18,588 nt of DNA from assembly GCA_019358935.1 (NCBI GenBank), contig JAHHIK010000139.1, forward strand, positions 1 to 18,588, given 5' to 3'. Of the stretch, positions 1-8,542 are shown piece by piece. The position numbers were made by a program, and so were the translations under genes. This stretch comes from Tolypothrix carrinoi HA7290-LM1. Lineage in GTDB: Bacteria; Cyanobacteriota; Cyanobacteriia; Cyanobacteriales; Nostocaceae. The notes below the pieces were generated by a model, which saw nothing but the letters and a program-made list of their open reading frames with translations, was not told the DNA's origin and did no database searches. Numbering within the stretch: position 1 is the stretch's first letter; each line of letters starts with the position of its first letter.

Positions 1-141
1 ATCCGTAAAGATGCAATCCACAAACTAACCCATCACCTCGCCAAAAACCACAGCGAAGTTAGAATTGAGGATTTGCATGTTAAGGCATTCTTGAAAAACC
101 ATAAATTAGCAGGTGCGATTGCTGATTACTGCTTTTGTTAA
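1..141 (+). pseudogene. tnpB: Truncated TnpB (IS200/IS605/IS607-type RNA-guided endonuclease) fragment, entering from the window edge
   Basis: Frame +1 reads IRKDAIHKLTHHLAKNHSEVRIEDLHVKAFLKNHKLAGAIAD, the typical TnpB helix plus RuvC-II 'IEDL.V' segment. It then runs into YCFC* (stop 139-141), so the Zn-finger and RuvC-III are missing. Not in the supplied ORF track. Confidence 0.88.
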
Positions 142-2182
142 CTTTCAGTCAATGAATGGAGAATTACTCGATAACTTGGATTTATTTTTACAGTGGTTCG
201 CTGCGAGTATTACCGATGCGCTGAATCTGCAAGACAAGCTGGAAGAATATTGGAAAGGCGTTTTAAGTAGTAAGAATAAATGTACAAATTACTTTCAGAG
301 ATATTTATTAGCTTCTATTGACACACCCGTAGCTTTGGGCTTGGATGAAGTCGATGAGGTTTTCAGGCATCCGGCGATCACTAGTGATTTTTTTGCGCTA
401 CTGCGAGCTTGGCATGAGCGAGCAAAAAACGATCCAGTCTGGAAAAAGCTCAGGGTGGTACTTGTGTATTCTCAGCAAGTTTACGTACCGTTGAATATCA
501 ATCAGTCGCCGTTTAATGTGGGATTGCGGATTGAATTGCCAGAACTAAATCAGGCACAGGTGCAAGATTTAGTAAAACGGCACAGACTTAATTGGACTCG
601 AGAGCAGGTTGAGCAATTAATGATACTGGTAGGCGGTCATCCCTACTTGGTGCGGGTAGCTTTGTATCAAATTGCGCGTGGTCGGATGACGTTGGAAAAA
701 CTTCAGCAAGTCGCCCCGACTGATGAAGGACTATACAGCGATCATTTGCGCCGCAATCTGCTGAATTTGCAAGAAAATGCAGAATTGCTGGTTGCATTCA
801 CAAAGGTAATTTCAGCAAATAATCCCCTACAAATAGGAACCGCAGAAGCGTTTAAGCTTCGCTGTATAGGGTTAATCAAACTTCAAGGCGACTTTGCCAT
901 GCCTTCGTGTGAATTGTATCGTCAATATTTTGGCGATCGCTTGGCATTTAACTCTGTACATGAGGAAGCAGCCCAAGTTCAAAGTCCTCGTCTCAAAAAA
1001 ATCCTAATTCTATCAGCAAACCCCATGAATACAAATAAGTTGGGTCTGGATGAGGAAGTACGCGAAATTGAGGCAGGGTTGGAACGCTCCAGAAGCCGAG
1101 ATCGATTTCAAATCATCAGCAAATGGGCAGTGCGTTCTAACGATTTGCGGCGTGCTTTGTTGGATCACAAACCTGAGATTGTCCACTTTAGCGGACATGG
1201 AGCGGGAAGTCAAGGTTTAGCTTTGGAGAATAACTCAGGACAAATGCAGCTGGTGAAAACTAAGACACTGGCGGGGCTATTTGAGTTATTTGACAGTATA
1301 GAATGTGTCTTGTTAAATGCTTGCTATAGTGAGGCACAAGCTCAAGCGATTTACCAACACGTTGACTGCGTGATTGGGATGAATCGAGCAATAGGCGATC
1401 GCGCTGCGATTGAATTTGCAGTTGGGTTTTATGATGCCCTTGGTGCTGATAGATCCTATGAAGATGCTTATAAATTTGGTTGTCTGAACATTGATTTAGA
1501 AGGCATTCCCGAATCTTCGACTCCAGTGCTAAAAGCAAGAAAATCTCACAATAGAGTAAACTCTATTAATGTCTCTGTTCAAAGTCCTCGTCTAAGAAAA
1601 ATCCTAATTTTATCAGCGAACCCCAAACAAACATCACGCCTGCGTTTGGATGAGGAAGTGCGCGAAATTGAGGCAGGGTTGAAACGCTCCAGAAGCCGAG
1701 AGCAGTTTGAAATCATCTCTAAATGGGCAGTCCGTCCTAACGATTTGCGGCGTGCTTTGTTGGATCATCAACCTGAGATTGTCCACTTTTCTGGACATGG
1801 AGCGGGGAGTCAAGGTTTAGCTTTGGAAAACAACTCAGGACAAATGCAGCTAGTGAAAAGTAAGGAACTGGCAGGGATATTTGAGTTATTTGACAGTATA
1901 GAATGTGTCTTGTTAAATGCTTGCTATGATGAGGTGCAAGCTGAAGCAATTTACCAACACGTTGATTACGTGATTGGCATGAATGGAGCAATTGGCGATC
2001 GCCCAGCGATTGAATTTGCAGTTGGGTTTTATGATGCCCTTGGTGCTGATAGATCCTATGAAGATGCTTATAAATTTGGTTGTCTGAACATTGATTTAGA
2101 AGGCATTCCCGAATCTTCGACTCCAGTGCTGAAAAAGAGAAACCCACAGAATAAGGCAAATTTAATTAATACTTTAGAGTAG
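113..2182 (+). CDS. AAA_35 (STAND-like NTPase) C-terminal part plus two tandem CHAT (caspase-like) domains; 5'-truncated
   Basis: AAA_35 motifs LGLDEVD (Walker B), FFALLRAWHE, QSPFNVG and GGHPYLVR are present, but there is no Walker A. Two copies of ILILSANP...HFSGHG...LLNAC...FYDAL follow. The GTG at 113 lies inside the tnpB fragment; the first ATG is at 152. Confidence 0.85.
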   Translation: MRLLITAFVNFQSMNGELLDNLDLFLQWFAASITDALNLQDKLEEYWKGVLSSKNKCTNYFQRYLLASIDTPVALGLDEVDEVFRHPAITSDFFALLRAWHERAKNDPVWKKLRVVLVYSQQVYVPLNINQSPFNVGLRIELPELNQAQVQDLVKRHRLNWTREQVEQLMILVGGHPYLVRVALYQIARGRMTLEKLQQVAPTDEGLYSDHLRRNLLNLQENAELLVAFTKVISANNPLQIGTAEAFKLRCIGLIKLQGDFAMPSCELYRQYFGDRLAFNSVHEEAAQVQSPRLKKILILSANPMNTNKLGLDEEVREIEAGLERSRSRDRFQIISKWAVRSNDLRRALLDHKPEIVHFSGHGAGSQGLALENNSGQMQLVKTKTLAGLFELFDSIECVLLNACYSEAQAQAIYQHVDCVIGMNRAIGDRAAIEFAVGFYDALGADRSYEDAYKFGCLNIDLEGIPESSTPVLKARKSHNRVNSINVSVQSPRLRKILILSANPKQTSRLRLDEEVREIEAGLKRSRSREQFEIISKWAVRPNDLRRALLDHQPEIVHFSGHGAGSQGLALENNSGQMQLVKSKELAGIFELFDSIECVLLNACYDEVQAEAIYQHVDYVIGMNGAIGDRPAIEFAVGFYDALGADRSYEDAYKFGCLNIDLEGIPESSTPVLKKRNPQNKANLINTLE
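977..2130 (+). repeat. Intragenic direct duplication with an exact 600-bp period (977-1530 vs 1577-2130), encoding the two CHAT domains
   Basis: Ungapped manual alignment gives about 55 mismatches in 554 bp (~90% identity); 1406-1530 and 2006-2130 are identical. Confidence 0.97.
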
Positions 2183-2218
2183 AAAGCTAAATTCGACCCC
2201 TCAGTAAAATATATTCAG

Positions 2219-2342
2219 CTTAGTAGAACATTGCACTAATTCTTGACAAATTAAATTCCGAAAAACTCTGCGTTACTTTGCGCTTACTCTGCGTCCCTCT
2301 GCGTTTAAAAATGCTTTTATTTTTACGCAAAACTGTACTTAG
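2219..2342. repeat. Degenerate small repeat element with (CT[C/T]TGCG) reiterations, possible MITE remnant
   Basis: ctctgcg/ctttgcg/ctctgcg/ctctgcg at 2265-2303; weakly complementary ends cttagtagaacattgcac ... ttacgcaaaactgtacttag. Confidence 0.45.
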
Positions 2343-2346
2343 TCAA

Positions 2347-2386
2347 TAGGAGTTAGGAGTTATTTGCAAATAACTCCTAACTCCTA
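2347..2386. terminator. Perfect 40-bp palindrome built from heptamers; probable bidirectional terminator or 3' stabiliser
   Basis: TAGGAGTTAGGAGTTATTTG|CAAATAACTCCTAACTCCTA lies between convergent genes, 8 bp from the reductase stop codon. Confidence 0.7.
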
Positions 2387-2394
2387 ACTCTCAA

Positions 2395-3522
2395 TTACCC
2401 GCCAAAACCTGGAATGGGAACCAAACGCTTCAGCGCACGATTCACAACATCGCCATAACGCAGTTCCCCACAGAGAATTCTACCCATAATTTGGCTACCA
2501 GAAGGACGCTTGACACCCACTTTGTAACCAACACCCGGAAAGCGATAAAATGCTCCAGCTAACTTTTGCGCCCAAGCCATATCAGCACCCCATTGTTCGC
2601 TAATCGCTTCCGAATAATTCTCTAAAGCGATCGCATCACCAGAAAGCGCTTGATGAATCGCTCCAGCTGCCAGCAAACCGCTAAAAATAGAAGGGCGAAT
2701 ACCTTCTGCTGTCATTGGATCGACGACACAAGCGGCTTCCCCTGCTAAAACCGCATTTTGAGTATGTAGCTTTTGATTGCCATCCCATAAACAAATAGGA
2801 TGACCGTATTGCTTGCTAGTTTTAACATCTAGACCAAAACTTTTTCCGTACTCATCCAAAATTTTCTTAAAGTCTTGAGGTTCCCCACCGATGAAAGTAC
2901 CGACACCAATCGAATAACCATCAGCTTTGGGGAAGTTCCAGATATAGCCGTTTTTGACCATACCAAACTCAAAGTGGATTGTGGATTTATTCTCCACAGC
3001 TGCCGGAACTTCTGCCTCTAAAGCGCCTGCTAAACGGCGTTTGCGTTCTTTGAAACCTAACCATTTTGCCATCGATCCTTTGGCACCGTCAGCAGCGATT
3101 AAAAAGCGACCTGTAATTGGACCGTTAGCTGTATTAACTTGCCAATGATCGCTCTTGAATTCAATTCCAGTTACTTCTGTAGAATCTTTTAATTCAGCAC
3201 CTTGCTTTTGCGCTTGCTGAATTAGGAAGTTATCAAAAACATCGCGTCGCACCATCCAGACTGGCTCGATAGTGGCTATTTTAGTTTCTACAGGGTCGCC
3301 CAATTTCCAGGTAAAGCGCAACTCGTCCACTTTTAGAGAAATTGCTGGACTAAAATCAAAGTCAAACCATTGGGCGATCGCAGGCGATACCCCTCCGCCA
3401 CAGGGTTTGTATCTTGGCAAAGATTCTTTTTCTAAAACTAATACTGAACGTCCCTGCTTGGCTAAATGGTAAGCGGCTGTTCCACCAGCAGGTCCCGCGC
3501 CGACGATGATGCAATCATACAT
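2395..3522 (-). CDS. Geranylgeranyl reductase family FAD-dependent oxidoreductase
   Basis: GAGPAG Rossmann motif, RYKPCGGG, AADGA, GYIWNFP and DPMTAEGI motifs; 375 aa. Confidence 0.9.
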   Translation of the reverse strand: MYDCIIVGAGPAGGTAAYHLAKQGRSVLVLEKESLPRYKPCGGGVSPAIAQWFDFDFSPAISLKVDELRFTWKLGDPVETKIATIEPVWMVRRDVFDNFLIQQAQKQGAELKDSTEVTGIEFKSDHWQVNTANGPITGRFLIAADGAKGSMAKWLGFKERKRRLAGALEAEVPAAVENKSTIHFEFGMVKNGYIWNFPKADGYSIGVGTFIGGEPQDFKKILDEYGKSFGLDVKTSKQYGHPICLWDGNQKLHTQNAVLAGEAACVVDPMTAEGIRPSIFSGLLAAGAIHQALSGDAIALENYSEAISEQWGADMAWAQKLAGAFYRFPGVGYKVGVKRPSGSQIMGRILCGELRYGDVVNRALKRLVPIPGFGG

Positions 3523-3928
3523 ATGGCTGAATTTTTGCTCCTGAAGAACGTTGATTTTTGCGTTTTTATTTGTAATTTACGAGTAGATATGACCAGACTT
3601 TAACTGATTTTCAGATTAGCTGCTCAATATTTAACAGCCTTCAGTGTAACCGATCTAAATCTTTCTTCTGGAGCTACCATGCTCATCCGTAAATATTTGG
3701 ATATAAATCTTCTATCTTGATTAATTCAGGTTGCTTGTGACTGCTATACCATACTTTTTTCTGATAATTCCACTGATAACTTTAAACAATTTAAATGTTT
3801 TTTTTGATGTCATCTAAATTATTTAATGAGTGTAACCGCTACTAAATTACAATTCATTAGTTCTACTGATTACAAATTTTTAGCCAAGGCTCTACGATAT
3901 TTCATAAAGTTTTAGTAAATATCATTGC

Positions 3929-3975
3929 AAAAGTCAAGAGTTAAGAGTAAAAAATCTTACTCCTAACTCCTAACT
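3929..3975 (-). terminator. Probable intrinsic terminator of the pyrH-frr transcript
   Basis: On the minus strand AGTTAGGAGTTAGGAGTAA pairs with TTACTCTTAACTCTTGACT (with G-U pairs) and is followed by a short U run. Confidence 0.6.
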
Positions 3976-4107
3976 GCTAACTCCTAACTGCTAACTGCTA
4001 ACTGCTAACTGCTAACTTCTAACTGCTAACTGCTAACTGCTAACTGCTAACTGCTAACTGCTAACTGCTAACTCCTAACTCCTAACTCCTAACTCCTACT
4101 CCTAACT
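3957..4107. repeat. STRR-type heptamer tandem array (TAACT[G/C]C), about 21 units
   Basis: Directly visible; starts 3 bp after the frr stop codon. Confidence 0.97.
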
Positions 4108-4110
4108 TTT

Positions 4111-4659
4111 TTAGACAGTGGTGATGTCTTTTTCTTTTTCTGCCAACAAGTCGCCGATTTTGGCGGTGTACTTGTCAGTTAGTTTTTGCAATTTGTCTTG
4201 CTGGTCTTTGGCTTCATCCTCAGAGATTTCCGAGGCTTTCTCCTGCTTGCGAATTGAGTCTAGGGCATCGCGGCGGATGTTGCGAATGGCAACGCGCCCT
4301 TCTTCAGCATATTTGGCGGCGAGTTTGACAAATTCTTTACGCCGATCGCTTGTCAAAGGCGGAATATTCAGCCTAATCACAGAACCGTCGTTGTTGGGAG
4401 TTAAACCGACATCCGACATCGAAATTGCCTTTTCGATCAAGTTCAAGGTGCCGCGATCATAGGGCTGAATCGCGATCGTCGTCGAATCTGGCGTGCTAAT
4501 GTTTGCCAGTGATTTCATCGATGTGGGGGAACCGTAGTAGTCCACCATCACCTTATCTAGTAGACTCGCATTGGCGCGACCAGTGCGAATCGTGTTAAAA
4601 GCTCGTTGAGTTGACTCAACGGTCTTTTGCATCGTACTCTCAGCTTCATCTAATTTCAC
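4111..4659 (-). CDS. frr: Ribosome recycling factor
   Basis: [23 protein letters not shown] and AIRNIRRDA motifs. Start re-called at GTG 4659 with GGAGG upstream; overlaps the pyrH end by 14 bp; 182 aa. Confidence 0.97.
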   Translation of the reverse strand: MKLDEAESTMQKTVESTQRAFNTIRTGRANASLLDKVMVDYYGSPTSMKSLANISTPDSTTIAIQPYDRGTLNLIEKAISMSDVGLTPNNDGSVIRLNIPPLTSDRRKEFVKLAAKYAEEGRVAIRNIRRDALDSIRKQEKASEISEDEAKDQQDKLQKLTDKYTAKIGDLLAEKEKDITTV

Positions 4660-5374
4660 AAGAACCTCCCACAAGGGTGCCGATAGATTCTCCCATAATT
4701 GCTCGTTGAATGTTACCTCGCACCGATAAATCAAATACAAGTATGGGAATGTTGTTTTCTTTACACATAGCAATCGCGGTACTATCCATTACCCGCAAAT
4801 CTTGAGCCAAAACGTGCGCGTAAGTAAGGCTTTGATAGCGTTTGGCATCAGGATAGATATGGGGGTCAGCATCGTACACTCCGTCTACCTTGGTGGCTTT
4901 AAAAATCACTTCAGCATCAATTTCTGCGGCTCTTAATGCGGCAGTCGTGTCGGTAGTAAAGAAAGGATTTCCAGAACCAGCGCCAAAAATTACCACCCGT
5001 CCTTTTTCAAGATGACGGATGGCACGACGACGAATATACGGTTCGGCTACTTCTTGCATAGCGATCGCAGTTTGTACCCGCGTCTGTACCCCTATTCGTT
5101 CCAGCGAGTCTTGCAGTGTCATGGCATTCATTACCGTGGCAATCATGCCGATGTAGTCAGCGTTTGCCCGGTCCATACCCGCCGATGCCGCTTTCACACC
5201 ACGAAAAATATTACCGCCGCCCACAACAATGGCGATCTGAACGCCTGTGGCTATCACCTCTGCTACCTCTTGTGCTATTTCTTTCACCACTTCTGGATCA
5301 ATTCCATAGCCCATGTTGCCCATCAAGGCTTCACCGCTCAGTTTAAGTAAAACCCGTCGGTAATTCGTTCCCAT
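4646..5374 (-). CDS. pyrH: UMP kinase
   Basis: [26 protein letters not shown] and KVDGVY motifs; conserved pyrH-frr order; start re-called at ATG 5374. Confidence 0.97.
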   Translation of the reverse strand: MGTNYRRVLLKLSGEALMGNMGYGIDPEVVKEIAQEVAEVIATGVQIAIVVGGGNIFRGVKAASAGMDRANADYIGMIATVMNAMTLQDSLERIGVQTRVQTAIAMQEVAEPYIRRRAIRHLEKGRVVIFGAGSGNPFFTTDTTAALRAAEIDAEVIFKATKVDGVYDADPHIYPDAKRYQSLTYAHVLAQDLRVMDSTAIAMCKENNIPILVFDLSVRGNIQRAIMGESIGTLVGGSCEIR

Positions 5375-5444
5375 GAAGTTACGCTTTATCAAAAAGTTGC
5401 AATTGCCTCCAATTTAAGATAGCAGTGGGCGTGACTTTCTGTCT

Positions 5445-5999
5445 CTAATTCCGCCAGATTAGGCAAGTACCAACGGGTGGAGTTTGCCTAATGTAAACTT
5501 CTTGACCTTGAAATAAAGAGGCGATCGCGTTTTTTAGATATTGCTTTTTCACAGACCGGGGATCTTGCGGGTTATTATCAATTTGCCCTTTGTAGCGTAC
5601 TATACCATCTTTATCTATTAAAAAAGCCATTGGTGTAACCAGCGCTCCAAAGCTGCGGCTTGTATCTTGGGTTGAGTCCCATAGATAGGGAAAGTTCAAC
5701 TCATGCATGAGCGCAAAAGCTTGCATATTGTCAAAGCTTTCCGTCGGATTTTCATTGCCATCACTGCCATTCATGCCAATCAGCGAAAAACCTTGTGGAG
5801 CAAATTCCGCTTGAATTTCTTTTAGCCTATCTATATACAACCTGACATAAGGACATTGGTTGCACATGGAAATGACGCCGACAGCACGGAACTTTTCAAG
5901 ATAACGCCGAAGATGGTGTACTTGTTTGTCAATTCCTGGCAATTCAAAATCTGGTGCGTAGCTTCCTACAGGAGTGTCAATTGTTTCTAGTATATTCAT
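5445..5999 (-). CDS. Thioredoxin-fold AhpC/TSA (redoxin) family protein
   Basis: APDFELPG, CNQCPYV, FPYLWD, YKGQID and C-terminal GTCLIW. Confidence 0.88.
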   Translation of the reverse strand: MNILETIDTPVGSYAPDFELPGIDKQVHHLRRYLEKFRAVGVISMCNQCPYVRLYIDRLKEIQAEFAPQGFSLIGMNGSDGNENPTESFDNMQAFALMHELNFPYLWDSTQDTSRSFGALVTPMAFLIDKDGIVRYKGQIDNNPQDPRSVKKQYLKNAIASLFQGQEVYIRQTPPVGTCLIWRN

Positions 6000-6050
6000 C
6001 TTCTTTTAGCGCCAAGAAACTAAAAACAAAAAATATAGTCATATTCAGCG

Positions 6051-6971
6051 TTATGTTCCAGCTTGAAACCAACCCTTAGCTAATGCTTGATACCCAATAA
6101 TTTTATAGACCAATTTGGCTGCCGTAAATTGTGAAACTACTGAATCTACAAGGGGTGCTAATTCCATAACATCACAGCCGATGACATTATGTTTTTCACA
6201 AACGCGCCGCAAGAACGTCATCAACGCATACCAATTCAAACCGCCCGGTTCTGGAGTACCAACGCCGGGAATTAAGGTAGGATCGATGCCATCTAAATCA
6301 ATGGTGAGAAAAACTTTATCTGTCTGAATCGCCGATCTGGCTCGTTCCATCCAATCTGGCTCGTTAGCAATTTCCCGCGCTCGAAACACAGTTAGCTGTT
6401 TTTCTTTGATTAAGTCGGCTTCTTCTTTACAAATCGCTCGAATGCCAATTTGGACGGTGGGTAAATCCATATCGACAATTCGCCGCATTACACAAGCATG
6501 ATTGTGAATTGAGCCTTCATAACTGTGGCGTAAGTCACCGTGAGCATCAATTTGCACTACCGTAAATGGTTCTGTATAAACTTTACGATATGCTTCGACA
6601 ATTGCCGCAGTAATACTGTGTTCGCCACCCAAAGCAATCACGAATTTGCGATCGCCAATTAACTTAGAAACCGTTTCTTCGGTGACTTTTAGCATTTCCT
6701 CGGCGCTAATACCACCAGAGCGCGTGTCCGCAATTGTTTCATGAGTGTAAATTCCGACTTCGCAACCAGTTTCTCTATCCAGTTCTTCATCGTAATATTC
6801 CACCTGACGAGAAGCTTCCAGTATAGAATCTGGACCATTTTCACAGCCCCGGCGATAAGTGGTTGTTGCTTCGTAAGCAATAGGCAATATTACCACTTTA
6901 GATGTATCATAATTAGCAGCAACCTCACTGCCAAGAAATGGGATTACAGAAGTAGAAGTTTGTGCCAACAT
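6051..6971 (-). CDS. speB: Agmatinase (ureohydrolase family)
   Basis: GGEHS, DAHGD, DLDGID, GTPEPGG and DVMEL metal-binding motifs. Confidence 0.88.
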   Translation of the reverse strand: MLAQTSTSVIPFLGSEVAANYDTSKVVILPIAYEATTTYRRGCENGPDSILEASRQVEYYDEELDRETGCEVGIYTHETIADTRSGGISAEEMLKVTEETVSKLIGDRKFVIALGGEHSITAAIVEAYRKVYTEPFTVVQIDAHGDLRHSYEGSIHNHACVMRRIVDMDLPTVQIGIRAICKEEADLIKEKQLTVFRAREIANEPDWMERARSAIQTDKVFLTIDLDGIDPTLIPGVGTPEPGGLNWYALMTFLRRVCEKHNVIGCDVMELAPLVDSVVSQFTAAKLVYKIIGYQALAKGWFQAGT

Positions 6972-7091
6972 GACAAAAAGTTTCCTCAGTTTAGATAAGA
7001 TGTGACTCCTAATAGTGACATAATCTAACTTATGAATGCACTATCTCTATCAAAAAGTAAGAGCTATCCTATGCTGAATTAAGCTGTTAGC

Positions 7092-7120
7092 TTGACATTG
7101 ATGCTAAAGCTATTTATTTT
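7092..7120 (+). promoter_or_regulatory. Putative sigma70-type promoter for the hydrolase
   Basis: TTGACA-17 bp-TATTTT in the divergent speB/hydrolase gap; motif only. Confidence 0.4.
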
Positions 7121-7232
7121 AAAGTTTTATATTTATCGACAAAATAAAAAACAATGATGCCTGCGCTCCTAGTTTCCCTTGGCAGCGCTGTCTTACCGTC
7201 TTGCGTCCATATGTTATGCTTTTAAATTTTCT

Positions 7233-8144
7233 ATGATCCAATCGACAACCAAACTGCCTGCAACAAAAACCTGGACTTGGCAAGGTTTTCCCATTTGCTA
7301 TCAAACCCAAGGAACTGCTGGACCTGCTGTGGTCTTGGTACATGGTTTTGGCGCCTCTTGGTGGCATTGGCGGAAAAATATCCCTGTACTGGCGGAAAAT
7401 TGCCGTGTCTATGCTATTGATTTGATTGGCTTTGGCGCTTCGGCTAAACCCAAGCCAGGTGAAGAGATTGCCTACACATTTGAAACCTGGGGACAGCAAA
7501 TCGCTGATTTTTGCCGGCAAGTAGTGGGAGAACCCGCTTTTTTTGTGGGAAATTCTGTAGGCTGTATTGTGGTCATGCAAGCAGCGGTGGATAACCCGGA
7601 TATGGCATTAGGAGTTGTTCTGCTGAACTGCTCCTTACGGCTGTTACACGATCGCAAACGAGCGACACTACCTTGGTATCGTAGCGCCGGAGCGCCCTTG
7701 CTGCAACGCCTGCTATCTATCAAATCTGTTGGCAAGTTCTTTTTTAATCAAATTGCCCAGCCGAAAACGGTGCGTTCGATTCTCCTCAAAGCTTATGCCA
7801 ATTCTGAGACGGTGACAGACGAGTTAGTAGATATTTTGATGGCACCAGTAAGCGATCCGGGTGCTGTAGCTGTGTTTCTTGCCTTTACAGCTTATTCTAC
7901 AGGTCCCCTACCTGAAGACCTTTTACCTCTGCTACCTTGTCCGGCGATTATTTTGTGGGGAACAGCTGACCCTTGGGAACCGTTTGAGTTAGGTAAAGAG
8001 TTGGCTAATTTCCCAAAAGTGCTAAAGTTTATACCTTTAGAAGGTGTGGGGCATTGTCCCCAAGATGAAGCACCGGAGGTAGTGAATCCGATTATACAGG
8101 ATTGGGTTGGGAAAATGTCAAGCGATTTGAGATTTACAATTTAG
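7233..8144 (+). CDS. Alpha/beta-fold hydrolase
   Basis: HGFG oxyanion motif, GNSVG nucleophile elbow, WGTADPW and GVGHCPQDE; start re-called at ATG 7233. Confidence 0.92.
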   Translation: MIQSTTKLPATKTWTWQGFPICYQTQGTAGPAVVLVHGFGASWWHWRKNIPVLAENCRVYAIDLIGFGASAKPKPGEEIAYTFETWGQQIADFCRQVVGEPAFFVGNSVGCIVVMQAAVDNPDMALGVVLLNCSLRLLHDRKRATLPWYRSAGAPLLQRLLSIKSVGKFFFNQIAQPKTVRSILLKAYANSETVTDELVDILMAPVSDPGAVAVFLAFTAYSTGPLPEDLLPLLPCPAIILWGTADPWEPFELGKELANFPKVLKFIPLEGVGHCPQDEAPEVVNPIIQDWVGKMSSDLRFTI

Positions 8145-8207
8145 GATTTTGGATTAACTGCACCGAAGAATTGCGTTGCAGTTTGGGGATGGGTCAAGCG
8201 ATTTTGG

Positions 8208-8271
8208 ATTAACATCTTGCACCAAGCTGCTATTTAAAGTGAATGAACTTCGCCTGGTACAAGATGTTAAT
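8208..8271. mobile_element. 64-bp miniature element with 17-bp terminal inverted repeats
   Basis: ATTAACATCTTGCACCA ... TGGTACAAGATGTTAAT (16/17 complementary). Confidence 0.6.
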
Positions 8272-8300
8272 ATGCGGACTGGGGATTAGGGCATGGGGGA

Positions 8301-8387
8301 GGCAGTGCGGTCTTGGGGTCTCACGCCACTTGCGCGTCTGCCGGGAAACCCGTCCAACGCAGTGGCTCCCCAAGTGGAGCACCTGCC
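8301..8387. repeat. Nested small dispersed hairpin repeats
   Basis: Outer stem GGCAG-TGC..CTTGGGG / CCCCAAG..GCA-C-CTGCC is interrupted by an inner 46-nt unit (8323-8368) GCCAC(T)TGCG..CGGGAAACCCG..CGCAGTGGC. GGGCATGG occurs on both sides. Confidence 0.7.
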
Positions 8388-8542
8388 GTCATTGGGCATG
8401 GAAAGAATGATATTAGAACGCGCATCACTTTCTTCAGCTTGTTTAATTCTCATTGCCCAATGCCCTAGTACCACGTATGCTTATGGGGCGTATTGCCACA
8501 AAATCATAAATCTACTCAAAATTAGTCAACAAGCAAGAAAAA

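Noticed and set aside
977..2130. Diversity-generating retroelement TR/VR pair
   Set aside because: Both copies are in-frame coding, differences are not adenine-specific and no reverse transcriptase is present in the window.
1260..2159. Two similar minus-strand ORFs (92 and 140 aa)
   Set aside because: Antisense shadows of the duplicated CHAT domains.
2395..3522. Assignment as chlP
   Set aside because: Family motifs only; the sequence looks like a paralogue, so no symbol is given.
3957..4107. Possible CRISPR array
   Set aside because: Contiguous 7-bp units without unique spacers; no cas genes in the window.
4660..4773. 38-aa N-terminal extension of Frr
   Set aside because: Lies inside pyrH; GTG 4659 has an RBS and gives a normal-length protein.
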